Shown: piece after piece, positions 22,147-32,711 of the stretch
Layout of the letters: each line of letters begins with the position of its first letter
Position numbering within the stretch: position 1 is the first letter of the stretch
From: Longimicrobiales bacterium
Lineage (GTDB): Bacteria; Gemmatimonadota; Gemmatimonadetes; Longimicrobiales; Gaopeijiaceae
Assembly: GCA_965202985.1 (NCBI GenBank)
Contig: CBDBCF010000002.1
Location: 448,001 to 512,000 of the forward strand
Length of the DNA stretch: 64,000 bases
Direction of reading: 5' to 3'
Notes under the pieces: model-generated
Databases searched by the model: none
What the model was told of the DNA's origin: nothing
What the model saw: only the letters and a program-made list of their open reading frames with translations
Program-made: the position numbers and the translations under genes

Positions 22147-23126
22147 GAAACCACCGCCCGCGGCTCGGACGCCAAGTCCCGCGCCATGTGCGCCACCATG
22201 CCGTTGCGCACGGCGCGCGCCGCTACCGCGATCGCCGCGCCGATTGCCTTGGGGGGCGACTCTCCGTGGCAGATGATGCTGACGCCGTTCACCCCCAGGA
22301 GGGGCGCGCCGCCGTACTCGGTGTAGTCGAACACGCGAAAGACCTCTTCCAGGTCGGGGTCCAGCCCCGCCGGGTCCATGCGCGACCGAAGGTGGTGAAC
22401 CAGAAATCCGGCCACGGACTCGTAGAACTTGAGCAGCACGTTGCCCACGAAGCCGTCGCACACCAGCACGTCACACGAATGGTCGATGATGTCGCGTCCC
22501 TCCATGTTGCCGACGAACCGCAGGTCGCTCCGGGACAGCAGGTGGTGCGCCTCCTGGACCATCTCGGAGCCCTTGCCCGGCTCGGCGCCGACGTTGAGGA
22601 GTCCGACGCGGGGAGCCGCGACGCCCTGCACGTCGTGCATGTAGATCGTCCCCAGGCGAGCGAACTGCAACAGATGCCGCGGCTTGCACTCGATGTTGGC
22701 ACCGGCGTCGACCAGCAACGTCGGTCCCCTCGACGTGGGAAGGAGCGCGCCGACCGTGGGACGCGCCACGCCGGCCAGGGACCGGAGCATGAACAGCGAG
22801 CCGGCCATGACCGCGCCCGTCGCGCCCGCCGACACGAAGGCGTCGGCCTCGCCGCGCTGCTGCAGGCCGAGACCCACGCTGATCGACGACCGCGGCCGAC
22901 GACGGAACGCCGAGGCCGGGGCGTCGGCGGAGGTGATGCGGTCGGGCGCGTGTACCACGTCGATGCGGCTGGAAGCGGCGTGACCGCTCAGCGACTGGTC
23001 CAGCACATCCTCGTCGCCGACCAGAAGGACGGCCAGATCGGGGTCCGCGCCGACGGCCCGAACGGCACCCGCGACCTCGTTGGCCGGAGCGCCGTCCGTT
23101 CCCATGGCGTCCAAGGCAATCCGCAT
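22143..23126 (-). CDS. plsX: Phosphate acyltransferase
   Basis: MRIALDAMG, DAGAN, CDGFVGNVLLK and GGAPLLG motifs. Confidence 0.95.
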   Translation of the reverse strand: MRIALDAMGTDGAPANEVAGAVRAVGADPDLAVLLVGDEDVLDQSLSGHAASSRIDVVHAPDRITSADAPASAFRRRPRSSISVGLGLQQRGEADAFVSAGATGAVMAGSLFMLRSLAGVARPTVGALLPTSRGPTLLVDAGANIECKPRHLLQFARLGTIYMHDVQGVAAPRVGLLNVGAEPGKGSEMVQEAHHLLSRSDLRFVGNMEGRDIIDHSCDVLVCDGFVGNVLLKFYESVAGFLVHHLRSRMDPAGLDPDLEEVFRVFDYTEYGGAPLLGVNGVSIICHGESPPKAIGAAIAVAARAVRNGMVAHMARDLASEPRAVVS

Positions 23127-23157
23127 CGGCACGCGGCGCGCGACGGGACGGCGCCGG

Positions 23158-23340
23158 CTACTCTTCGTGCGAGTCGAAGACGTGCTTGCCCCGATACATC
23201 CCGGACGTGGGGCACACGCGGTGCCGGAGCGCCGGATCTCCCGTCTTGGCGCACGTGCCCAAGGTGGCTTCCTGGGCCTTGTAGTGGGTGCGGCGCTTGC
23301 GCTTCCTCTGCTTCGACACCCGCTTCTTCGGGACGGCCAT
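23158..23340 (-). CDS. rpmF: 50S ribosomal protein bL32
   Basis: MAVPKKRVSKQRKRKRRTH; AGGAG RBS; lies between yceD and plsX. Confidence 0.95.
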   Translation of the reverse strand: MAVPKKRVSKQRKRKRRTHYKAQEATLGTCAKTGDPALRHRVCPTSGMYRGKHVFDSHEE

Positions 23341-23353
23341 GGCGTGCTTTCTC

Positions 23354-23902
23354 CTACTCGGATTGCAATGCCCGCAACGCCTCCCACCTGGGATCGGCGG
23401 CGGCGGGCTCGGGCGGTTTCGGGGGCTGGCGAAAGCGGGCGACGGGAACGCCGCAACGTGTGCAGCGACCGTCGCCGTCTTCGCCTGGAACAAGATAACG
23501 CGGCACGGCCAGCAGCACTTCCTCGCGCACCGCGTCGTCCAGGCTCAACGCACCGGAACGACCGTCCAGCACGCGTTCGTCGGCGTCGGTCCAGGCGGTC
23601 GCGCCGCCGGGGCGACCTTGGTCCGGCACGTAGGCCAGCGTGAAGGCGCGTCGCACCGGCATGCGCACGCCTTCCAGGCAGCGTCCGCATTCGTGCACGA
23701 CCACGGTCTCCCAAGAGCCCCGCACCACGATGCTCCCCTCCGCGGTGGCCAAAGCGGCGCCTTCGACGGCGACCGGAACTTCCAGCGTCAGCTCGGACTC
23801 GTCCCAGAGCGCGGCGTCCGGCGCCAACGTCCCGCTGACCGGAAGCTCCCTCTCCCTCCACAAGCGAGCCAGGTCGACCCGGAGGGCGGCCGCGGGAGAC
23901 AG
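23354..23902 (-). CDS. YceD/DUF177 family protein
   Basis: ECGRCL, REEVLLAVP and DPRWEAL motifs; start TTG 23863 or CTG 23902. Confidence 0.85.
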   Translation of the reverse strand: MSPAAALRVDLARLWRERELPVSGTLAPDAALWDESELTLEVPVAVEGAALATAEGSIVVRGSWETVVVHECGRCLEGVRMPVRRAFTLAYVPDQGRPGGATAWTDADERVLDGRSGALSLDDAVREEVLLAVPRYLVPGEDGDGRCTRCGVPVARFRQPPKPPEPAAADPRWEALRALQSE

Positions 23903-23906
23903 GGCG

Positions 23907-24344
23907 CTACCCCGCCAGGTCCGCGTCCGGCCTCGCCAACTCCGCCTCCGGAAAGAAGAACCCGATCTCGCGGCGCGCGTTGTCGGCCGAATCGGAGGCG
24001 TGGATGGCGTTCCGCTCCTTGGACTGGGCGTGCAGCCGGCGAACGGTTCCCGGTGCGGCTTCGGCGGGATCGGTGGCGCCGATCGCCCGTCGAAGGCGGG
24101 CCACCGCGTCGGGAGCCTCGAGGACCATGGGGATGCAAGGCCCCGAGGTCATGAACGACACCAGGGACGGAAAGAAGGGACGCTCCCTGTGGACATTGTA
24201 GAACGCGCGGGCCTGGGGCGGCGTCAACGTGACCATGCGCACGGCGCGCAAGGCGAAGCCGGCCTCTTCCAGCATGGCCAGGATCGCGCCGGCCTTGCCG
24301 GAGCCCGTCGCGTCGGGCTTGACGATCGCCAAGGTTCGGTTCAT
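23907..24344 (-). CDS. ndk: Nucleoside diphosphate kinase
   Basis: RTLAIVKPDA, GATDP and NAIHASDS motifs. Confidence 0.96.
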   Translation of the reverse strand: MNRTLAIVKPDATGSGKAGAILAMLEEAGFALRAVRMVTLTPPQARAFYNVHRERPFFPSLVSFMTSGPCIPMVLEAPDAVARLRRAIGATDPAEAAPGTVRRLHAQSKERNAIHASDSADNARREIGFFFPEAELARPDADLAG

Positions 24345-24376
24345 GGCAACAACGGAACCCGAAGGCGGGCCGGGGG

Positions 24377-25267
24377 TCAAGCCCTGCCCTGCGCCGGCTT
24401 GTCGGCCGCGACCGCGCCGCCGAACGCACGCAACACGGTAGCGCGCTCGAGAAAGCCGATCAGCTCGCCTTCGCGCACGACCGGAAGCTGGCCGACGCCG
24501 CGCGCCACCATGGAGCGGGAGGCATCCAGCAACGGCTCGTCGGCGCCCACGCACAGGACGGAACGCGTCATCACGTCGCGGGCAGCCAGGGCGGACTCGC
24601 CGGCCAAGCCGTCCTCGCCCTCCTGCCGGGGCAGCACGTGAGGGACCACGTCTCCGTCCGTGATGACGCCCAGGACCTCGCGGTTCTTGCCCACGACGGG
24701 CACCGCGGCCAGCCCGCGACGGGCCATCAGTTGCTGGACTTCGGCGACGGGCGTGTCGGGGTAGATGCGGTAGGACAGGGGCGTCAAGGCGTCTTCGACG
24801 GCCACGCGGGAGGCGACTCGGGCGGTCGCGAACTCCCGCGACTGCATGATCTCGTCGACTTCGCTCCGGACCGGTTCCTTGCCGAACCCCGAACAGGCCC
24901 GCCGAAGCGCAGGCGCCAGGAACAGGTTGACCGAGGGCACGGACAGTCCCCATGCGACCCATGTCACGTCCGAGATGCGTTCGGCGTCGGCTCGGTCCGC
25001 CGGCATCCCCAGCAGCAGCCCCGGCCCCGCCTGGGCGGACCGGCTTTCGTCGTCGCCTCCGTTTCCGCCGCCCAAGTCCAACAGCCGGACTCCCCGCACC
25101 AGGGCCAGGTCGCGGGGCGCCGCCCCGGAACGGGCCGCCCGGCGAACCGCTTGGTGCAGCGGGTGGCCACGGTCGAGTTGCGCGGCAGCGGCGGGCAGCG
25201 ACGCCCAGGCGTCCTTCTTGACGCCGACGAGAACTTTGGGCTGGACCAGCAGTTGCGCGAGCGTCAC
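24377..25267 (-). CDS. CBS domain protein with uncharacterised N-terminal domain
   Basis: C-terminal CBS pair (VPVV...GVITDGD; DVMT...LPVV). Confidence 0.75.
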   Translation of the reverse strand: MTLAQLLVQPKVLVGVKKDAWASLPAAAAQLDRGHPLHQAVRRAARSGAAPRDLALVRGVRLLDLGGGNGGDDESRSAQAGPGLLLGMPADRADAERISDVTWVAWGLSVPSVNLFLAPALRRACSGFGKEPVRSEVDEIMQSREFATARVASRVAVEDALTPLSYRIYPDTPVAEVQQLMARRGLAAVPVVGKNREVLGVITDGDVVPHVLPRQEGEDGLAGESALAARDVMTRSVLCVGADEPLLDASRSMVARGVGQLPVVREGELIGFLERATVLRAFGGAVAADKPAQGRA

Positions 25268-25273
25268 ACCGAT

Positions 25274-26170
25274 TCAGCCCGCTCGACGCCCCAAGGCCTT
25301 GCCCGTCAAGCGGCTGATCTCCACTGGTCTGCGGGCGACGTGAACGCCGTTGTCCTCGAAGGCCTGGACCTTCTCGGCGGCCGTGCCCCCCGCGCCGCTG
25401 ACGATGGCGCCGGCGTGGCCCATGCGCTTGCCCGGCGGCGCCGTCCGCCCCGCGACGAACCCCACGACGGGGATGTCCAGGTGTGCGCCCGCCCAAGCGG
25501 CCGCCTCCTGTTCGGCAACGCCCCCGATCTCGCCGATCAGCACCACGGCCTCGGTCTCCTCGTCGTCGGCGAAGGCCTTCAGGCAGTCCACGAAGCTGAT
25601 CCCGATCAGGGGGTCGCCGCCGATGCCGACGCAGGTCGTCTGGCCCAGGCCGTCCCGTGTCAGGTGGTGCACGGCCTCGTAGGTCAGGGTCCCGGACCGC
25701 GAGACCAGGCCCACGGGCCCGGGGGCCACGATGTCGCCCGGGATGATCCCCAGCTTGGCCTTGCCGGGCGAGATGAGGCCGGGACAGTTGGGGCCGAGGA
25801 CGCGGCAACCCCGGTCCTGGGCCAGGGCGTGCGCCCGGGTCATGTCCAGCACGGGGATCCCCTCGGTGACGCACGCGACGAAGCGGATGCCGGCGTCGGC
25901 GGCTTCCATGATCGCCCCGGCCGCGAAACCCGGCGGCACGTACACTACCGACGCGTCCGCGTTCGTCTCGGCCACCGCGTCGGCCACCGTGTCGAAGACG
26001 GGCACGGTCCGCCCGTCCGGCCCTTCGAAGCGGCGTCCCCCCTTCCCCGGGGTCACCCCGGCCACGACCCGCGTGCCGTACGCCATCATCTGGCGCGTGT
26101 GAAACGAGCCGTCGCGGCCGGTGACGCCCTGCACGACGACCCGCGTGCTCTCGTCGACGAATATCGCCAT
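25274..26170 (-). CDS. sucD: Succinyl-CoA synthetase alpha subunit
   Basis: GVTPGKGG, GPNCPG, SRSGTLTYE and RMGHAGA motifs. Confidence 0.97.
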   Translation of the reverse strand: MAIFVDESTRVVVQGVTGRDGSFHTRQMMAYGTRVVAGVTPGKGGRRFEGPDGRTVPVFDTVADAVAETNADASVVYVPPGFAAGAIMEAADAGIRFVACVTEGIPVLDMTRAHALAQDRGCRVLGPNCPGLISPGKAKLGIIPGDIVAPGPVGLVSRSGTLTYEAVHHLTRDGLGQTTCVGIGGDPLIGISFVDCLKAFADDEETEAVVLIGEIGGVAEQEAAAWAGAHLDIPVVGFVAGRTAPPGKRMGHAGAIVSGAGGTAAEKVQAFEDNGVHVARRPVEISRLTGKALGRRAG

Positions 26171-26186
26171 GGGGTTCTCTTTCCGG

Positions 26187-27317
26187 TCAGGCGGCCAGCC
26201 GCACTGCCTTCTCCACCACTTCGTCCATGGACGCCGCCGTCTCGAAGCCCGCGTCCGCCAAGATCTCCCGCGCCTGCGCCTCGTTGGTCCCCGTGAGGCG
26301 GATCACCAACGGCACCCCGATCTCCGAGGTGCGCGCCGCCTCCACGATCCCGCGCGCCACGTCGTCGCAGCGCGTGATGCCCCCGAATATGTTGAACAAG
26401 ATCGCACGCACGCCCGGGTCCGCGGTGATGATCTCCAGCGCCGCGACCACCTTGCCGGGGTTGGACGAGCCGCCGATGTCCAGGAAGTTGGCGGGTTCGC
26501 CGCCGTAGTACTTGACCAAGTCCATCGTCGCCATGGCCAACCCGGCGCCGTTGACGCAGCAACCTACGGCGCCGTCCAGCTTGACGAAGCTCAGGCCGGC
26601 GTCCCGGGCGCGCGCGGCGGCCGCATCCTCCGCGTCTTCGTCCCGAAGCGCCTCGATCTCGGGCCGCCGGAAGAGTTCGTTGTCGTCGATGCTGACTTTG
26701 GCGTCGATGGCTTTGACCTGCCCGCCGGACGTGGAGATCAAGGGGTTGATCTCCGCCATCGACGCACCGCTGTCCTTGAAGGCGTCCCAGAGGCGCGCGA
26801 TCGCGCGTGCGCCCTGCCGCACCAGGTCCGGCGCGTCGTAGAGCTTGGCAGCCAAGCCGTATGCTTGGTGGGACAGCAGGCCGTAGCGCGGGTCCACGCG
26901 GACCTTGTGGATCGCCTCGGGGTTGGCGGCAGCCACCTCTTCGATGTCCACGCCCCCCTCGGCCGACGCCATCAAGACCGGGCACTGGCCCTTCCGATCC
27001 ACCAGAACGCCCACGTAGGCCTCGGACGCGATCGATTCCGCAGGCGACACCAGGAGCTTCTCGACGACCAGCCCGTTGATCTCCATGCCCAAGATGGCGC
27101 GGGCGCACTCGGCGGCTTGGTCCGGACCCTCGGCCAGCTTGACGCCGCCGGCCTTTCCCCGGCCGCCGGAGTGGACCTGCGCCTTGACGACGACCGTGCC
27201 GCCGTACTCCTCCGCCGACGCCCGGACTTCCTCGGGCGAAACGGCCACGCGACCGTCGTTGACCGGCACGCCGGCGGCGCGGAACAGGTCCTTGGCTTGA
27301 TATTCGTGAAGGTCCAT
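26187..27317 (-). CDS. sucC: Succinyl-CoA synthetase beta subunit
   Basis: MDLHEYQAK, GGRGKAGG, NGAGLAMATMD and NIFGGI motifs. Confidence 0.97.
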   Translation of the reverse strand: MDLHEYQAKDLFRAAGVPVNDGRVAVSPEEVRASAEEYGGTVVVKAQVHSGGRGKAGGVKLAEGPDQAAECARAILGMEINGLVVEKLLVSPAESIASEAYVGVLVDRKGQCPVLMASAEGGVDIEEVAAANPEAIHKVRVDPRYGLLSHQAYGLAAKLYDAPDLVRQGARAIARLWDAFKDSGASMAEINPLISTSGGQVKAIDAKVSIDDNELFRRPEIEALRDEDAEDAAAARARDAGLSFVKLDGAVGCCVNGAGLAMATMDLVKYYGGEPANFLDIGGSSNPGKVVAALEIITADPGVRAILFNIFGGITRCDDVARGIVEAARTSEIGVPLVIRLTGTNEAQAREILADAGFETAASMDEVVEKAVRLAA

Positions 27318-27438
27318 GAGACGAGTCCGAAGGGAGGACGGCCACGTTGCGCGCCCGACGACGGGCTTGCCGTCGGCGACCGTCCATTATGGCGGAAGAA
27401 CAGGGCGTAGAAAACCCGCCGCCGCCGTATATTAGTGA

Positions 27439-28605
27439 ATGTCGGCCCAATCGGAGGCGTTCTACCTGGACCACGCCGCGACCACGCCCATGCGGTCCGA
27501 AGTTCGCGCCGCGGTCGCCCGTTGCGCGGACGAGCGGCTGGGCAACCCGTCGAGCGCGCACGCATGGGGCCGGCGAGCCAGACGGCGACTGGAGGAAGCC
27601 CGGGTCACGGTGGCCGAAGCGCTGGGGGCCCCGGCGGACCACGTCTTCTTCGTGCGCGGAGGCACCGAGGCCAACAACTTGGCGGTGCTGGGCCGCGTCA
27701 GACGGCAAATGGCGAACGGCGGCGGCGGCGCGCCCCTGGTCGTCACGTCGCCCGTCGAGCACCCGGCGGTCTTGGAGGCGGCCCGGCAGGCCCGTGCGGA
27801 GGGCGCCGTCCACGGAACCCTGAAGATGGACGCGCGTGTCCTGGACATGGACGCGCTGGACGAGCTGCTGGACGCGCGCCCCGCCGTGGTCTCCTGCATG
27901 TGGGTCAACAACGAGACGGGGCTGCGGCTGCCGGTGGAGGAAGTCGCCGTGCGTTGCCGAAGCCGCGCCGTGCCGTTTCACTGCGACGCGGTCCAGGCCC
28001 TGGGAAAGGTTCCGTTGCGGCTGGCGGAGGTTCCGGTCTCCTCGCTCGCGATCTCGGGCCACAAGGTCTACGGACCTCCGGGGACGGGCGCACTCGTGAC
28101 GGGCGACCCGGACGCGCTGCTGCCCATGCACCAGGGCGGCGGGCAGGAAGGGGGACTCCGGCCGGGCACCGAAGACGTGGTCGGCGCCGTGGGGCTGGCG
28201 GAGGCCGTACGCCTGGCTGTGGCCGAGCAGTCGGCAGAGGCGACCCGGCTGGCGACGATGAGGGACGAGGTCGAGGCGAGGCTGCTGGCGTCGGACGACG
28301 GGCTCCGGGTATACGGACGGGAGCTTCCTCGGGCGCCGCACATCCTGTCGTTGGGCGTGCCCGGTGCCGACTCCGACACGCTGCTGGCGGCGCTGGACGC
28401 GAACGGCGTGGCCGCGTCGGGGGGGGCGGCCTGCGCCAGCGGTTCCCGGGCTCCCAGCCCCACATTGGCGGCGCTCTACCCGGAGGAAGACGCGGCTGTG
28501 GTGCGACTCAGCTTTGGGCGGCTGATCCGGTTGCGCCAGGCAAAGACGGCCGCCGAGGTCGTGGCCGATGTGATCCGACGCGCCCGCGAACTGCTGATCG
28601 GATGA
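27439..28605 (+). CDS. Cysteine desulfurase (IscS/NifS group I), likely MnmA-associated
   Basis: YLDHAATTP, SGHK (PLP Lys), GGGQE and ACASG motifs; ATGA-coupled to mnmA. Confidence 0.9.
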   Translation: MSAQSEAFYLDHAATTPMRSEVRAAVARCADERLGNPSSAHAWGRRARRRLEEARVTVAEALGAPADHVFFVRGGTEANNLAVLGRVRRQMANGGGGAPLVVTSPVEHPAVLEAARQARAEGAVHGTLKMDARVLDMDALDELLDARPAVVSCMWVNNETGLRLPVEEVAVRCRSRAVPFHCDAVQALGKVPLRLAEVPVSSLAISGHKVYGPPGTGALVTGDPDALLPMHQGGGQEGGLRPGTEDVVGAVGLAEAVRLAVAEQSAEATRLATMRDEVEARLLASDDGLRVYGRELPRAPHILSLGVPGADSDTLLAALDANGVAASGGAACASGSRAPSPTLAALYPEEDAAVVRLSFGRLIRLRQAKTAAEVVADVIRRARELLIG

Positions 28606-29735
28606 AGGTCCTCGTCGCCATGTCGGGCGGTGTGGATTCGTCCGTCGCCGCCGCCCTGCTCGTGGAGGCCGGCCACGAGGTGGTGGGCGCCACCATGAAG
28701 ACGTTCTGCTACAGCGGTCCGGCGGGCGGCTCCAAGACGTGCTGCGGTCTGGACGGCATACGCGACGCCAAGCGGGTGGCGGACGCCCTGGACATCCCCC
28801 ACTACGTGTTCGACGTGGAGGAGGAGTTCGCTCGCGACGTGATCAACGACTTCGTGGCGGAGTACGCGCAGGGCCGCACGCCCAACCCGTGCGTTCGCTG
28901 CAACTCCAACACCAAGTTCCGCGACCTGTTCAAGCGCGGCCGCGTGCTGGGCTGCGACGCCGTGGCGTCCGGCCACTACGCACGCATCGACCGTTCAGGG
29001 AGCCGGCCCCGCCTTTTCCGCGGAGCGGACCCGACCAAGGACCAGTCCTACTTCCTTTGGGGGTTGCCGTCCGACCTGCTGGGAACCCTCCGCTTTCCGA
29101 TCGGCGACCTGGAGAAGCCCGCGGTGCGGGAGCGTGCCCGAGCGCTGGGCCTGGCGACGGCGGACAAGCCGGAATCGCAGGAGATCTGCTTCGTCCCCAC
29201 CGGCAACTACCGGGACCTGCTCCGGAAGAGGCTGCTTCCGACGCACCGGGCGCTCGTGCCCGGTCCGATCGTGGACTGGCGGGGCCGCGTGCTGGGACGC
29301 CACGAGGGCTACGCGGCGTTCACGGTGGGTCAGCGCAAGGGACTGGGCGGCGGGATGCACGAGGCCTGCTACGTGCTGGAGATCCGCCCCGAGACGCGCG
29401 AAGTGGTGGTGGGTCCCCGCGAGATGCTCGACGCGCGACGCCTGCTGGTGAGCGACTTGAACTGGCTTGGTCCGCCCCCGGCGCCCGGCGACGGGCTGCG
29501 CGTCCAGATCCGCTACCGCTCGCCCCCGTTGCGCTGTCGCGTGGCGTCGATTCGAGACGGGACCGTCGAGTTGCGGCTGCACGAGCAGGGACGGGCGGCG
29601 ACGCCGGGCCAGTCCAGCGTGCTCTTCGACGGGGACGAGGTGCTGGGGGGCGGTCGCATCTTGTCCGTGGGCGAACGCGCGCCCTCCGCGAACGGCGCTA
29701 CCACTTCATCCCCGCGGCCTTCGCAAAGGCGCTGA
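28602..29735 (+). CDS. mnmA: tRNA 2-thiouridylase
   Basis: [32 protein letters not shown] and TPGQ motifs. Confidence 0.96.
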   Translation: MKVLVAMSGGVDSSVAAALLVEAGHEVVGATMKTFCYSGPAGGSKTCCGLDGIRDAKRVADALDIPHYVFDVEEEFARDVINDFVAEYAQGRTPNPCVRCNSNTKFRDLFKRGRVLGCDAVASGHYARIDRSGSRPRLFRGADPTKDQSYFLWGLPSDLLGTLRFPIGDLEKPAVRERARALGLATADKPESQEICFVPTGNYRDLLRKRLLPTHRALVPGPIVDWRGRVLGRHEGYAAFTVGQRKGLGGGMHEACYVLEIRPETREVVVGPREMLDARRLLVSDLNWLGPPPAPGDGLRVQIRYRSPPLRCRVASIRDGTVELRLHEQGRAATPGQSSVLFDGDEVLGGGRILSVGERAPSANGATTSSPRPSQRR

Positions 29736-30819
29736 AACGCGCTTCCTGCTCGCCGGCGGCGGCTTCCGGGACGCGCACGCCGATCCGCACGTACTGTGCG
29801 CCCGTCCGGTTTCCGGAGCGCACTCCCTGTCCTCGGATTCTAAAGAGCGTTCCGGGCTGCGTGCCCGGCGGCACGCGGAGCACCACGTCGCGTCCCGAGA
29901 TCGTGGGCACCGAGACCTTCGACCCGAGCACGGCCTGGGCCAAGTTCACGCGCTTGGAGACGTGAACGTCCAGCCCGTCACGCCTAAAGACCGGATGAGG
30001 CTTCACCTTGAAAGCGATGACCAGGTCGCCGGGAGCCCCCCCCCTCTCGCCCCGCTCCCCCTGCCCTGTGAGCCGCACCTTGGAGCCGTTCTGCACGCCG
30101 GCGGGCACCGACACCTGGATCTTGCGCTTCTGGTGCACCTTGCCGTCTCCCCCGCACGGGTCGCAGGGCCGCTCCGCCCTTCGCCCCCGGCCCACGCACG
30201 CCGGGCACGGGCGCTTGACGGCGAAGCCTCCCTGCCCGAAGGAGACGTTGCCCGAGCCCCGGCATTCGGCGCACGTCTTCCACCCGGCGCCCGGCGCACC
30301 CCCCGAGCCGCCGCACACCGTGCACTCTTCCGTGATCGGCACCGACAGCGCGATCTTGCCGCCTCGGGCCGCCTTCAAGAAGTCCACCTCCACGCTGTAG
30401 TCCACGTTGCGGCCGCGACTGGGCCCTTTCGGACGGGACTCGGGGTCCTTCTTGGTGCGGTCGAACCAGGACGAAAAGATCTCCGACAAGCCGCCCAGGC
30501 CGCCCATCTCCTCGAACGAGAAGCCGCCGGCCATCCCCGGTCGGGGGGTCGCGCCGGGTCGCGCTCCCGTCCTGGCGCCGCCGACTCCGAACGCCCGCAG
30601 CTTGCGCATCTGGTCGTACTTCTTGCGCTTGGCCGGGTCGGACAACACGGCATGAGCCTCTCCGACCTCCTTGAAGCGCTCGGCGGCCTTGGGGTTGCTC
30701 GGATTGGCGTCGGGGTGGTGTCGCTTGGCCAGCCTCCGGTAGGCCTTCTTGATCTCTTCGGCGCCGGCCTTCTCGCCGACTCCGAGGATCTCGTAGTAGT
30801 TCTTGTCCGTCGCGGTCAT
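29698..30819 (-). CDS. dnaJ: Chaperone DnaJ
   Basis: HPD J-domain, G/F region, four CxxCxGxG repeats. Confidence 0.93.
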   Translation of the reverse strand: MTATDKNYYEILGVGEKAGAEEIKKAYRRLAKRHHPDANPSNPKAAERFKEVGEAHAVLSDPAKRKKYDQMRKLRAFGVGGARTGARPGATPRPGMAGGFSFEEMGGLGGLSEIFSSWFDRTKKDPESRPKGPSRGRNVDYSVEVDFLKAARGGKIALSVPITEECTVCGGSGGAPGAGWKTCAECRGSGNVSFGQGGFAVKRPCPACVGRGRRAERPCDPCGGDGKVHQKRKIQVSVPAGVQNGSKVRLTGQGERGERGGAPGDLVIAFKVKPHPVFRRDGLDVHVSKRVNLAQAVLGSKVSVPTISGRDVVLRVPPGTQPGTLFRIRGQGVRSGNRTGAQYVRIGVRVPEAAAGEQEARFSAFAKAAGMKW

Positions 30820-30835
30820 GATCAGCCGAAGCCGG

Positions 30836-31528
30836 CTATTCGGCCTTGTAGACGCTCACGCGCGCGGGGCGGAGCAACTGGCCCTTGAAAACGTAGCCCT
30901 TCTGGAAGACGCGCTCGACCTTCTCGTCGTCTTCGGCCGCTTCGGCGGGCACCCGCATCATGGCTTCCATGGTGTTCGGGTCGAAGCGCTCTCCTGCCGG
31001 GTCGACCACAGAGACGCCCGCGTCCTCCAGGATGCGCGAGAACTTGCGTCCCACCAGCGCCGCCCCCTCTACGACCGGCACGACGGGTTCGGGGACCTCC
31101 CCTTCCCATCCGGCCAACCGCTCCAAGTCGTCCAGGGGCTCGAGCAGGCGCGCAGCCAAGTCGGCCTGTGCCCGGTCCCAGCGCGACCGCATCCGGTCCT
31201 CGGAGCGCTTCCGGTAGTTGTCGAAGTCCGCCGCCAGACGCAGGTGGCGGTCCTTCCACTGGTCGCGCTCCGCCGCCAGCGGGTCGGGCTCGGGCAGCGT
31301 CTCGGGCGTGGCCGCTTCTTCGGGCGTGGCCGTCGGCGCAGGGGCTTCCGAAGTCTCCGGCGTCTCGGCGGGGTCCCGCTCCTCGTGAGCCCCCGTCTCC
31401 GTGGCGGCCGACTCTTTCGGCGCCTTCTCCGGTTCCGGGCCGCGGGCGACGGATTCGTCGCCGGGCTCGTCGCCAGCCCGAGCGTCCGTGGCCATCTCTT
31501 CGTTCGTCGTCTGTTCGTCCATGTCCAC
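30836..31528 (-). CDS. grpE: Nucleotide exchange factor GrpE
   Basis: [13 protein letters not shown] and LLRPARV motifs. Confidence 0.94.
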   Translation of the reverse strand: MDMDEQTTNEEMATDARAGDEPGDESVARGPEPEKAPKESAATETGAHEERDPAETPETSEAPAPTATPEEAATPETLPEPDPLAAERDQWKDRHLRLAADFDNYRKRSEDRMRSRWDRAQADLAARLLEPLDDLERLAGWEGEVPEPVVPVVEGAALVGRKFSRILEDAGVSVVDPAGERFDPNTMEAMMRVPAEAAEDDEKVERVFQKGYVFKGQLLRPARVSVYKAE

Positions 31529-31540
31529 CGTCGTCTGGGG

Positions 31541-32077
31541 TTAGGGGGCGGAAGTCGTGCCCTGGTGAGCCCGCCAAGCCAGGGCGTCGGCCGCCATGCG
31601 CAGCACCGCCGTCACGCTCTTGTCGCGGACGGCGTTGCGCCCGCCTTCGAACCGCTCGACGCGGGCCTCGCCGGTTCCGTCGGCCTGCGCCACGGCGAAC
31701 CATACCGTGCCGACGGGCTTCTCGGCACTTCCCCCCGACGGGCCTGCGATTCCGGTGACGGCCATGGCCACGTCGGCGGAGAAGCGCTGGCAAGCGCCGA
31801 AGGCCATCTGGAGGGCCACCACCTTGGAGACGGCGCCGTAGGCCTCCAGGTTGCGCGGATCGACGCCCAGGTGGGTTGCCTTCGCCTCGTTGCAGTAGGC
31901 CACCACGCCGCCGGCGTAGTAGGCGGACGCTCCGGGGGCGTCGGTGATCGTCTTGGCGAGCAGGCCGCCGGTGCAGCTCTCGGCGGTCGCCACCCGAACC
32001 TTCAGGGCCGCGGCCGACTGGGCCAAGTGCTCCACCAACGCCTTGGCCGATCGGTACCGGACCACACCGCCGTCCAA
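31541..32077 (-). CDS. CinA C-terminal / NMN deamidase (PncC-like)
   Basis: TAESCTGG, GAVS, TGIAGP and KPVGTV motifs. Confidence 0.9.
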   Translation of the reverse strand: MDGGVVRYRSAKALVEHLAQSAAALKVRVATAESCTGGLLAKTITDAPGASAYYAGGVVAYCNEAKATHLGVDPRNLEAYGAVSKVVALQMAFGACQRFSADVAMAVTGIAGPSGGSAEKPVGTVWFAVAQADGTGEARVERFEGGRNAVRDKSVTAVLRMAADALAWRAHQGTTSAP

Positions 32078-32081
32078 GGAG

Positions 32082-32711
32082 TCAGCCTCCTCCGGCGACG
32101 ACGACGGAACGATGCCGCCAGAAGTAGTCGAGCATGGAGTAGACGGTCAGGAGCACCGCGACGGGCAAGGTCATGGCGATCCAGCCGGCGTGAATCGCGC
32201 GCCACGCGTCCCAGGGAACGCCGGACCACTGGGATGCGGCGGCCGACCCGGCTAAGGGATACCACAGGAGCAGCCCGCCGATGAAGAGGTTCTGGGTCAG
32301 CGCCTTGTACTTCCCCGGCTTGCCCGCCGAGATCACCACGCCCCGGCGCGCGGCCCAGCCCCTGAAGAGCGTCACCAGCGCTTCGCGCCCGAACACCACT
32401 GCCAGCACCCACAGCGGAAGCGCGCCCCAAACGGGCACTTCGATCGAGTCGGCGCGCGCCCCGACGATGTAGAAGGGCACGAAGGTGCTGGCCAGAAGAA
32501 GCTTGTCCGCGACGGGGTCCAGGAGCTTGCCCACGTTGGTGACCAAGCCGTGCTTGCGCGCCAAGTGCCCGTCCCAGAGGTCGGAGAACGCCGCTGCCAG
32601 GAAGAGCACGAAGGCCGCGTAGCCAGAGCCGGGAGTTCGCGAGAGCGCCAAGTAGAAGATCAGTGGGCACGCCGCGATGCGCGCCGCCGTGATGGCGTTG
32701 GGCAGGTTCAA
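32082..32711 (-). CDS. pgsA: CDP-diacylglycerol--glycerol-3-phosphate phosphatidyltransferase
   Basis: NLPNAIT and DLWDGHLAR...GKLLDPVADK motifs; TTGA overlap. Confidence 0.85.
   Translation of the reverse strand: MNLPNAITAARIAACPLIFYLALSRTPGSGYAAFVLFLAAAFSDLWDGHLARKHGLVTNVGKLLDPVADKLLLASTFVPFYIVGARADSIEVPVWGALPLWVLAVVFGREALVTLFRGWAARRGVVISAGKPGKYKALTQNLFIGGLLLWYPLAGSAAASQWSGVPWDAWRAIHAGWIAMTLPVAVLLTVYSMLDYFWRHRSVVVAGGG

Noticed and set aside
29698..29735. 38-bp convergent overlap of mnmA and dnaJ; grpE-dnaJ without dnaK
   Set aside because: Short 3' overlaps are common in GC-rich genomes, and dnaK is often located elsewhere.
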